From contig JASCQW010000081.1 of NCBI GenBank assembly GCA_030264375.1, positions 36,129,292 through 36,190,630 of the forward strand: a stretch of 61,339 nucleotides of DNA, written 5' to 3'. Source of the stretch: Carcharhinus longimanus. Taxonomy: Eukaryota. The notes under the pieces were generated by a model. That model did not search any database and was not told the origin of the DNA. It saw only the letters and a list, made by a program, of their open reading frames with translations. Made by a program: the position numbers and the translations under genes. Positions 12,601 through 24,600 of this stretch are shown here, in pieces (positions within the stretch are counted from its first letter, which is position 1; each line of letters starts with the position of its first letter).

Positions 12601-15600
12601 CATTCTGCCTTTGCAGACTCCAGCTGTTCTCTTCACAACTTTCCTACCTATCTCTGTGTCAACAGCAAATTTAGCAACCATACATCTGATCCCTTCATCC
12701 ATGTCATTGATATAGATTGTAAGTAGTTGATCCCTGTGATACTTCACTTGTCACGTGACAGCCATAGACACCAGAGAGAGAATGTACTAGAAATGAATTG
12801 CACATTATGTCACTGTTACAATCCCAGCTGATTCTACTGGTCAGTCAGATCTCGGAATGGAACACTGGCTCAATAGATCAGAACTTTTATTTTTTTGTTT
12901 AGGGACTTGGATGAACAGAGTTGCAGGACTGCTGATTTAACTTTCAACAAAGGAATAAAACTAAGTTTTATACAGTACTGCTTTACCCCAACTATACCTT
13001 TACAAATATATAAAGATGTATAAGGATTGCACAGGTTACAAAATATATCTTGTGTTCTCAGTAAGTACATTGGCCATGTAAACCAGTAGATGAAATGTGA
13101 TCAACCACATCTCATTCTGAAACCAAGTGACAGGTGCCACCCAATACTACAACTTTTGTGGATTTCTCGTCAAATCCCTCAGGTATTTGTCATACTGTGA
13201 TCTAAAAGGTCTCACTGAAACTCTGGACTTCCACACAACTGTTTCCAAACTCCACCGTCAAAGAACACGCTTTGGAATCTGCACCCAAACAACTCTCTCT
13301 CACAGATGCCTTCACCAAAGGCCCACTTCGAGGATTTTATTCTCTCCTTTTGTTATTCCTCTGTCTTGGATTGCCACGGGCATTCAAGCTTCTACACAAT
13401 CTTTCTCTGGTACCTAGCCAGTAGAACACTTCACAGGTTGTATTAATGTAGCAACATAGAAAGTAGGAATAGGACGTTTGGCCCCTCAAGCCTGCTCTGT
13501 TGTTCATTTTGATTGTAGCAGATAATCAAATTTAATATCCTTGATCCCTTTTAAGCCCAAAAGTCTATATATAATTTCTTCTTGAAATCACACAACATTT
13601 TGGCATCAACTACTTTCTACGGTAGTGAATTCCACAGATTCACCACTCCGTAAAGAAATTTGTCCTCATTGTCCTAAAAGGTTTACCCCATGCCTTCAAA
13701 TTATGACCCCCAGTTCTTGACTCCCTCACATTGAAAACACTATGAAATCCCCTCTTACTCTTCTGAACTCCAATGAATATATTCCTAACTGACTTAGTCT
13801 CTCCTCATTTGGCAGTCCAGCCATCCCAGGAATCAGTATGGCAAACCTTTGCTGTACTCACTTGATAGCAAGATCATCCTTCCTCAGATAAGGACACTAA
13901 AACTGCATATGCTACTCCAGATGTGGCTTCACCAATGCCCTGTACAATTGCAGTAAAAGATCCCTATTTCTCTACTCAAATCCTCTTGACAGGAAGGCCA
14001 ATATACCATTTGCTTTCTTTACTGCCTCCTGTATCTGTGCACTTACTTTGTGACTGATACACAAGGACACCAAGATCTTGCTAAGTATCCACCCCTCTCA
14101 GTTTACACCCATTCAAATAATAATCTGCCTTCCTATTACTACCAAAGTGGATAATCTCACGTTTATCCACATATGCCCATTCACTCAGCCTGTCCCATTC
14201 ACTCAAGCATCTCTGCATCTCCCTCACTGCTCACCTTCCCACCCAATTTTGTACCATCCGCAAATTTGGAGGTAACCCATTCAGTTCTTTCTTTAAATCG
14301 TTAATTTATAATGTGAGCAATTGGTATCCCACAAATCACTGCCTGCCAAATCAGAAAAAGACCCATTTATGCCCACTTCTAGCTTCCTATCTGCTAACCA
14401 GCTTTCTATCCATCTCAAGACACTACCTGCAGTCCCATGTGCTTTAACTTTACATAGTAGTCTGCTATGTAGATCTTGTTGAAAGCCCTCTGAAAGTCTA
14501 AATAAACCATATTTACCAGTTTTCCTTGGCCAGCTCTACCAGTTACATCCTCAAAGAATTCCAATAGATTAGTCCAGCATGATTTCCCCTTTGTAAATCC
14601 ATGTTGACTTTGTCTGATCATACCACCGCTTTCCAAATGCTGAGCTATGAAATCCTTGATAATGATTGTTAGCAACTTCCAGTACTGATGTTAAGCTCAT
14701 TGGTTTTGATTTTAATTTGGTTTATTATTGTCACATTGTTATACAGTGAAAAGTATTGACCCTTGTGTACTAAAAAGACAATGCATTCTGTTCATAAAGG
14801 AGAGGGTGCAGAGTGTAGTGTTACAGTCATAGCTAGGGTGTAGAGAAAGATCAACTTCATATAAGGTAGGTCCATTCAAAAATCTGATGGCAGCAGGGAA
14901 GAAGCTGTTCTTGAGTCAGTTGGTATGTGATCTCGGACTTTTGTATCTTTTTACTGACGGAAGAAGGTGGAAGAGATTATGTCTGGGGTGCAGGGGGCCC
15001 TTGATTATGCTGGCTGCTTTTCTGAGGCAGCATGAAATGTAGACAGAGCCAGTGGATGGGAGGCTGGTTTGTGTTTTGGAGTGGGCTTTGTTCACAGTCC
15101 TTTGTAGTTTCTTGCAGTCTATAATTGGTCTACAGTTCCCTGTTTACACTCAATCTTCCTCCTTGAATAGCAGGTTTACATCAGCTACCCTCCAATCTGT
15201 AGGAGCCCATCCAGAATTCAAAGAACTTTGGAAAATGACCACCAATGGATCTGCTATTTCCAGGGTAATTTCCTTAAGTATTCGCGGATGACGAATATCT
15301 GGCCTTGGAGATTTATCCATCTCCAATCCCATTAATTTCCCCAAAACCATTTCTTTATTAATACTGATTTCCTTCAGATCCTCACTAAAACTTGTTAGTC
15401 TCAGAACTTCTGGTACATTGTTCGTGTCTTCCTTGGTGAAGACGGAAGTGTGGATTTAGTTCCTCAGCCATTTCTTTGTTCCCCATTATGAATCTTCCCA
15501 TTTATGACAAGCGATTTCGACACTTTTGTCCATCCTCCCTGGTGTCTGGGACTTTGTTTTGGGATACACCATAAGATATAGGAGCAGAATCAGGCCATTG

Positions 15601-18600
15601 GGCCCATTAAATCTGCTCTGTCATTCAACCATAGCTGATAGCTTCTCAACCCCATTCTCTCGTTTTTCCTCCATAACCTTTGATCCCTTTACTATTCACG
15701 AACCTATCTATCTCTGACTTAAATATACTCAATGACCTGGCTGCCACAGCCTTCTGTGGCAATGAATTCCAGCAATTCACCACTCTCTGGCTGAAGAAAG
15801 TCCTCCTTTATTCTGAGGCTGTGTCCTCGGATCCTAGCCTTCCCAACTAAAGAAAACAGCTTCCCTACGTCCACGCTATCCAGGCCTTCCAGTATTGTGT
15901 AAGTTTCAATGAGATACCCCCTCATCCTTCTAAACTCCATTAAGTACAGACCCAGAGCCCTCATATTTCAAGCTTTTCATTCCCAAGATCATTCTCGTGA
16001 ACCTCTTCTGAACCCTCCAAGGCCAGCAAGTACATCCAACCTTAAATACAGGGCCCAAAATTGCTCAGTGTTCCAAATGTAGCCTGATCAGAGCCTCTTA
16101 AACCCTCATCTGCTCCCTGCAGCTCCCTTCTCCTGTCCAACTTCTCCTAGCCCTAACTTACTATGAACTCAAAAGTTCTATCCTAGGTTGGCCCTGGTTG
16201 CTAAGCAATAATCTAATTTTCTTTTAAGCCATGTTTGCTTTCATGTTTAAACCCTCATTATCATGCATGCATCTAATCCAAACTGAACTTATTAACCCTT
16301 TCAAATATAAAAATCACAAAATTTGCTTAAATGCCTTATTTTTAATACCTACAAATATACATTACTTAAAGCTATCTCTTTTCTGACATCATTCCCCAAT
16401 ATGGTGAAGAGTGCATCATATTGTGCAAAGGCCATACAGGAGACTACAGTGATGACACAGGCAGGATTGTAAGCAGTGTTAATGAAAGCCCAAAATTACA
16501 AAGAGATACTGAAAGATCAAGTGAATGGGACCTCATAATAGAATAGTGCAATTTGTACATGGTACAAAGCTGGAATCACTGGAGGTCTAAAGTGACTTAT
16601 TCATGACATTTTACCAATTTATATACAATTACAGATAATAATTAGAAAGATAAATGGAACACTGGTCTTTATATCTAGAGAGCTAGAATACAGCAGGATA
16701 GAAGCCTTGCTTCAGTTAAACATATCTCCTTTTAGACCACATGGCTACTCTGGGCACCACACCTTCGGAAGGATATATTAACATTGAAGAGAATGTAACA
16801 CAGAATTTTACCCAGGCCCCAAGGGTTAAATTCAAGAAGAGGTTATGTTAATTAGAGCTGTACTCCTAGAATTTAGAAGATCTAATGATTTCAATTTTTA
16901 AGATGGGAAGGGGAACAGATTTGGGTGGGGTGGGGTGCGGGTGAGAATGAAATTGCTGATTGGGGAGGCTAGGATGAGACTTTTTAAAAAAAAATTAGGG
17001 CAAGAGTTTTTGAGTGAAATTAAGAAGCTCTTATTTCATCAAAATGTGTTTGAAATTTGGAATTCGCCTCTGTTTTCTGACATCATTTCCCCAATATGAT
17101 ACTTGATCAATTAACTAAAAGATTTTTGCTATCCAGAGATATTGAAGGATATGGATGAAGGCAGGTATATGGAGTTAGGTTGCAGATCAATCATGATCTC
17201 ATTGAATGATGGGACTTAAGAGCCTGCTTTTTCTGTGATCAAAATAAGTAGTGCAAAATGTGCATTCATGTAAACTTGTGTTGCTTCAAATGTTTTGAAG
17301 CAGAGCCTAGAAAGCTATCCATTTTATTAAGTGGTTGAGCAATAAAATATTCTGTTAGTCTTAACTTCTTGTTGGTAAATAGTGCACTAGGTTCTAGCAT
17401 TGCAGCTAATTTCAGAGAGGTAAAATTGGAATTAACAAAAATTAATAGATGAACAATGGAAATGGTTCAAACAGGAGATAATTTGTATAATGACAGACAA
17501 TCCCACAAGAAATAAGGGAGTAGTGCTTGCATGCTATACAACATTGGTTAGGCAGTAGTAACAAGATTGGATTGTAACTTCTTTGGAATGATAGTCAACT
17601 TCAGATTGCTACTCTGTGCTCCCTTACCTGCATTGAATTTCTTCCATGCCTGTCTCATCCAACCTTCTTATTCGGACTCGGCAAGATCAGGCAACACAGC
17701 TGTTCCCAAAGCCCAACATTGGAGTCTTAAGAGATTCACGGTATAGGAGGACATCCCAGTCAAATTTAAAGTCTGGCATTGGATAATGGGATGGTTGCAT
17801 GGAATTCCAGCCAGATTGGGTGGTCTGGTTGAATTGGATTTGGGGTCAGTTCGGGGAAGGAAATCATGTGCTGGAGAGGGTTTGCTTGCAGGTGGGGTGG
17901 TCAAGGGGTGGGAGTAATTGCATGACGGTGGTCAGGGTAGAGAATGGATGTTACAGCCCACAGTCTACTTTTAGGAATTAAGTCAAGGATGTACTGTATG
18001 ATGTCCGATTGATCCCTGAAGTTACTAAGATTGTACATCACAGAGCTAAGACACTAGTGAATTTGTGACTTTTTCAATTGGTCAACAAAGGTTGTAAAGT
18101 AAATTTAATGGATGTGTTCGGTTTCTCAAAGGTTTTTCTGAAAAGGTATGGAGGGGAACAGGATTGTGACTGATTAGTCAGAATGATCAATGAGTTGGTA
18201 ACCCAAAAACTGCAAGCAAAGTTTAGGAGAATTATTTCATGAAAAAAGTTGTAACGGTGAATCTGCTTCAAGTAACATTGACTACATAAGTATTAACAGC
18301 TTTCAGAGATGAAATGGATTATTGTTGGAAAAAGACAATCAAGAGGGCAGGGAAATAATACAAGTTGACAGTTTGATTTCAGAGTGTTATGTAGGCATAC
18401 ATAAGCTGAAAGACCTAGCTGTGATGTAAAATTCTATAAATCCATTTGTACCTGCAAGCCTGGTTGGAACATTTTTATGGCCTAATAACAGTAGTTATGT
18501 GTTCTCTCCAATAAATGGTGACAGAAGGATAGAATTTCCTGATCATAACAATGGGAGAAATGGGGACAACTGCCAAAACTCTTATCACTTGGTCATTATT

Positions 18601-21600
18601 CGCCATTGGTAATGGATGCACATTCTGTAGTTTTATTCAGTCAAATCCAATGGTCATGATATTGTTTTGACATTTTAACCTTTTATTTGCAGGCTGCTAT
18701 TAATGGAATAATTCCACAAGAGAATGGCATTTTACAGAGGTAAGCTACCTTTCCTTTGTTCATTAAGGGCGCTGGTACAAATTTTGAAGATATTAAAGTG
18801 CAACGTTTATGAAAAAAACCTTTGACTTAGAAAATGCTACTTTCACCAAGAATCTTTGAGTCTTGTGTTTTCCAAACAGATTATTTCTATTTAAATATTC
18901 TCTTCAACATTTCTCTACATTGTTCTGCTATAAATGCTGGCTTGATATATATTTATATTTGTGAATAAAACCCAGAAATGCAGGAAACAGTCAGCAGGCT
19001 AGGCAACTCATGGAGAAAGAAATGGAGTTCACATTTCAGGTTGAAGACCTTTCACAGAACTGGGAAAAGTTTAAAAACGTAATGGGTTTTAAGCAAGTGA
19101 AAGGAAGCAGGGAAGGAGTGAATTTGTGATAGGGTATAAAACAGGAGAGATTAAATGACAAAAGCGGTGGTAGTCCAAGGCCAAAAGAAGTGCTAATGAA
19201 ATAAAAGATTTTGAGAGGAGGTGTGAATGGCAGAATGATGATTAGCTGCTGTCCAAAATCTGGCGCTAAATAAAAGTAAAACCAAAACTTCCAAAGAAAG
19301 AGGAAACAAAATGGGAATAGAGATTATGGTCTGAAATTATTGCACACAATTTGTATCAAATTGAAAGATGAGGTGCTGTTCCTTGAACTTGAAGTTCATT
19401 GGAGCACTGAAGGAGGTTAAAGGCAGAGAGTTAATCATCTGAACAAAGTGGATAATTAAAATGTCAAATGCCAGGCAGTTTGGGATCATGTGTGTGGAGT
19501 GAACAGAGATGTTCCACAAGATGGTCACCCGGTTTGCATATGATCGTCCTAATTTAGAGCAGACCACATTGCGAGCAGTGAATAAGTATATAAATTGCAG
19601 ATTCATCTGGAAGGAAAATTGGGGTCAGTGGAAGAGCAGGTGTTGCGTCTATTGTGATTGCATTGGAAAAGTACGTAAGGCGGGGACGATTGTTGTGAGG
19701 TGATTGAGGAATGAACCACTGTGTTAAGGAGGAAACTGAAATGCGGAAAGGAAAGGGTAAAGTGTGTTTGGTATAGCAACGTACTAATGTGTTGGAAATA
19801 GTGGGGGATGATCATTTGAATCCAGAGACAGATGGGATGGAAGGTGAGGAGGACAAGGGGAATGCTCTCATTGTTCATAGTTCAGGAAAATAGTGGAAGG
19901 AATGAGAGTTGAAATAGGATAGATGTGGTCAAAGACCCTGTCAACCAGGACAACGGGAGGGAGAGCAGGGGAGTCTCTTGGTTGATCTCTACTGAGATCA
20001 GTAACTTTTTTTAGAATACAAAAACCCAGGTGATTACTGAAAGAATGAAAGCACAGGGTTCACGGTTTGTATTCAGAATCTTACTACAGAATTTAAGAAA
20101 ATGACTATTCTTTCTTAGTGAGTTATATTTAAGGATAATTAAAGTATAATGAATGCAGGTACTTATAATTGAGACTAAACTCTTTCAATCAGATTACCTT
20201 CTACACTCATTAGATGTAACAGCCTGAATAAATTCCAGTCCCATACTTTCAAAAAATGAAAGATTAACTACTTGGTCTGAGTACAGTTTCAAAACAGTAA
20301 GATTTATTGAGACTTCTGCTTCTGACAACATTTTCTGTTAAAATCTCCTCAAACCATCCTAGGGAAGGAAATTGCCTGCTCACGCACACCATCTCTTTCT
20401 TGCTCTCCCCCTCGACTGCATGCTAGCGCCCATTTTAGAAATCTGTTTCACTATTCTTCCGTTAAGTGATCATAAAATGATAGGAATAAATAAACATTAA
20501 GTTCTATTTGTGCTATCGATTTAAATCTACCTTGTTAATTTTCGCGACTCTTACTTGCTGATGCACTGTGTTTGTATGTTTTGTCCCTTCCTCCCTCTCG
20601 CTGGTTAGCATTATTTGCATCACTATCTTGCCTTGTGGTATCGTAGAATCCCTACAGTGCAGAAGGAAGCCATTCAGCCCATTGAGTTTGCACTGACGGC
20701 AGCACCACCAAGGCCCTATTCACGTAAATTTATCCTGCTAAGTCGTTGACACTAGGGTCAATTGAGCGTGGCCAATCAACCCAACCCGCACTTCTTTGGA
20801 TGTGGGAGGAAGCCCATGCAGACGTGGGGAGAATGTGTAAACTCCACACAGATGTGACCCAATGCTGGAGTTGAACCTGGATCCCTGGTGCTCTGAGGCA
20901 GCAGTGCTAACCACTGTGCTATCGTGCTGCCTGAATTATATGATTCGCCAGTAACCTAGTAACACCTTGGTTCAGGTGAAGGCTATCCCAATGTTCCAAC
21001 TCTATTACAGGTGCCAGTGCTCCTTTGATGAACTAATTTCTTCTCCATCAAACTTTGAACAATACATTCAATTCTGTGAACTTGAGTTCAGGTGGTAATC
21101 CAGAGATTGTTACCTTTGTGGTTATGCCTTTTAATTTAGGCCTTAGCTGCTCATTCTCCCTACCTTCTGGATTCTCACACTGCCTGAATGATGTCCTTAG
21201 CAAGACCACCTGTTTTGCACTAGTTTAAATTTTAAAGAGCTGAGTTGGGCACTGCTGACTAGAAAAAACAGTTTGAACTTGCTACCTAATTAACTAACTG
21301 TAGCTGCCTCTGACTAAGACTGACAGAAACTTGAATTGAAATCAAAATTGTAAATTGTTACCAAATGCAAACTTGCTGGATTTTAGAAATTAACCCTTGA
21401 AAATTCCTTCACTTAGCAAATTTCCAAGCTTGTGTTCTTGACCTGTACTAAATCATGAGCTGCTACCTTTGTGCTTGCTTACTTAGTGAAAATTATAAAG
21501 CAGAGGAAATTAATCTTGATTCGTAACTTGAAATTTCTTGTGAAGATGTCTTAACCCCTGTGCTTAAATGTGCAAATAGTTATGCATTTATGGCAAAAGA

Positions 21601-24600
21601 ATTGATTGATTTCATGCTATTTTTATGACTTTTATTTATGAAGGGATCCTATGGTATCTTGTAATTTATAATTAATAATTTGAAAAGAAATCACCACAAG
21701 TTAGGGTTGGAAACCTGTAATCAGAGAATTGTCAGTACAAAATCTTGCTTTTTACCATTTTACAGTACGTTGATGCTCTGACACATTGCACTGGCTACCC
21801 AAAAGCAATTTAAGTGAAAAATATGTATTGGGATGCAAATATTTGTAATACATATTGTGGAGAGAACTTATTACAAAAGCTGCTATTTACAACAGAAATA
21901 AACCAGTGATAGTTCTATGGATTAGGATAAATTCTCATAGTTGTTATACTATAGAAATCTTAACCTGTTTTATTAACATAATTTATGTTTGAAATGTCTT
22001 TTACTTTGTTTGCAGTGAGTTTGTTAGTGGTGAAGCATCACAGGATCCAGTATATGGTCCCACCAGCCAACCTTCCTCCTCCTCCTCTTCCAATTCCCCA
22101 GCTTTCTGCCCCATAGTACCATCTAGGCCAATTGTAGAAAGACAACCAAGAATGCTAAATTTCAGAGTGGAGTACCGTGACAGGAATGTGGAAGTGGTAG
22201 TTGAAGACACCAACACAGTTGGTAAGATTTTGAACGCAGTTGATATGATTTTTGAAATAACATAGGTGTGGTTAAACTGACACAAAATGTTGCATGTATG
22301 TTCCTATTACCACTCTGATAATCCCAGCTCTTATACAGGTACCCCCAAATCCAGCTATCTGAAAACTGGAATTGTCCAAAATTCAGACATCTTTCTCTCA
22401 CCTCATGGAACAGGATAAATAGAGGAGAATAAATGAATAATTGTAAATTTTTTGAAATACAATATGTAGTTGGTGCTTGTGTGAATCACATGCTTGAAAT
22501 CATTGCAACCGTTGAGCAGTATTTTTTGTCTTCACTCTGAAGCTTGGATGCTAAATATGGGAATTAAATACAAGGAACCTGCCTCATTGAGAATATCTCA
22601 CAGATTAAGACACATGACCAGGAGGGATTGCTAAACTCAGAAACGAAGATGGAACAACCTCGGACCAGTTCAGAAACCTGAAAGTTAAAATCCTTATTTT
22701 AATTACCTGTCTGCTCTCCTCTGATCTGGTGAATAACCTGAAACCTGCCAAAGTCTCATTCCTGATGATGCTGGAAATTGGATATTAGATCTGCACTATT
22801 TTAAAAAGTTTGAATTTATCCCCAAATTACGTTTGTAAATGTACCAATATTTGAAGCTTTTCGTTGAGCATAACTTTTGGAACTATAGAATCCCTACAGT
22901 GTAGAAATAGGCCATCTGGCCCATAGAGTCTGCATCAGAAATTTTTAAGCATCTGTTCAGAATTGGGAAGATCTGCAGATGTTTTAATGCTGGGTTTGAA
23001 AAAAAGATAATTTATAAGTAAAAGTTAAATTCCTATAACATATGAATAATAAAAATTACGTATTCTTAATACCCCATATGTTTGTGAATTGAGTTCATAT
23101 TTTACCTTTTGTTCTTTATTAGTTAGGCATATGCACATGCACACATCTTACCTTTCCTCCTCCCATTTGCAAATATTTAAGCTTTTTTTCTGTAAAACAG
23201 AGGAGGCTAAGGAGTGACCTAATTGAGGGGCCTAGACAGTTAGGCAGGACATACTTGTTTCCCCTAGTGGAGAGGTCAGTTACTAGGGGGGCATGGATTT
23301 AAGGTGCATGGTAGAAGGATGGTCAAAGGGACATGAGGAAAAATGTTTTCACTCATGGGTGGTGGATATCTGAAATTCACTCCCTAAGTCGGTGGTTGAG
23401 GCTGAAGTGCTCAACTCCTTTTAGAAAGTACCTGGATCTACATTTGAAGTGCTGGAATCTGCAAGGCTATGGATCAGATGTTGGAAACTGGGATTAAAAT
23501 GAGTAGCAAGTTCTGTTTTTCTCCTCTTGTCAGCTGTTGCAGACATGAAGGGCTAAATGGCCTCTTTCTGCATTGTATCATTTCTATGGTTCAATAATTC
23601 TAACTGCTTATCAATTGGAGGACTAAATTATAACTTTTTGGCAAGGGATTTAATTAATTGCAAGAATCTGTTGCGAAATGTAGTTCTAGTCTACTTCTAT
23701 ATTTGTATAAAATCACAAGGTAATTATGGACAAGGAAGATCATTTGCTCAGCGTTGTTTTTCAAGACATTTTATCATGACCTAGCTAGAACTAGGAATAA
23801 TGTTCTGCAGGGAGAGTTTGAAGAGTTAGTGCCTAAATTAAAATACAGAATCTCAAAGGTAATAATCTTGAGCCACGTGTAAATTGACATAGGGTCAAGC
23901 AAATTGAGAATTAAATGAGTTATCCCTGGTGTCCTGGACAATATTTATCCCTCAATCATTATCACAAAACCAGGTTATTTTGTTACTGTCACATTAATGT
24001 TTGTGGGAGTTTGCAATGTGGAAAATTGGTTCCATATTTCCTGCAGGGACGATGTTTCACAAGTATCTCATGGGCTGTGAAGCATTTTGAGATGTCTGTT
24101 GGTGCAGGATTTTTTTTCAGGCTTCCTATCCTGTTTTCCATAAAAAATATATTAACAAAAATGTCTCCGTTCAAAATGGGGCACAAATTACTATTTCATT
24201 TCAATCCAATTATTCCACCCTTTCACTCCATTTCACTTGAGGAATCAAATTAGTTTTGATTTCCCTTCCACAATGCCAGAGTAAATGAATTGGTGTATCA
24301 TAAAACCAAGAGCTCTATCACTCATTGAATAATATTTTGTTACAGAATATATGCAACTGACACACTTTCCACTTCAAGCTCCCTCACCTAACTTAACTGA
24401 GTGAGCCTTTTGGCTAAGATCAAGCATAGTATTGACATGCTGTGCTTGGTTGAAGTCATTAGATTACATTTTAGCTTCGTTTGAAGCAATTTTTAATAGC
24501 GGCATCTCGGCCTTTTGGCTAAGATGCAAATGAGACCAAGCCTTGGAGGAGGAGCTGTGTCTACTCCAATCAGCTTGGATCATGTAGATCAAGCCCAAGA

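Noticed and set aside
22001-22285. Antisense ORF with poly-Glu
   Set aside because: Mirror of the (TCC)n poly-Ser tract in FAF1 exon 4
24405-24525. Functional U2 snRNA gene
   Set aside because: Only nt 7-47 are represented, split and duplicated; no Sm site or 3' stem-loops
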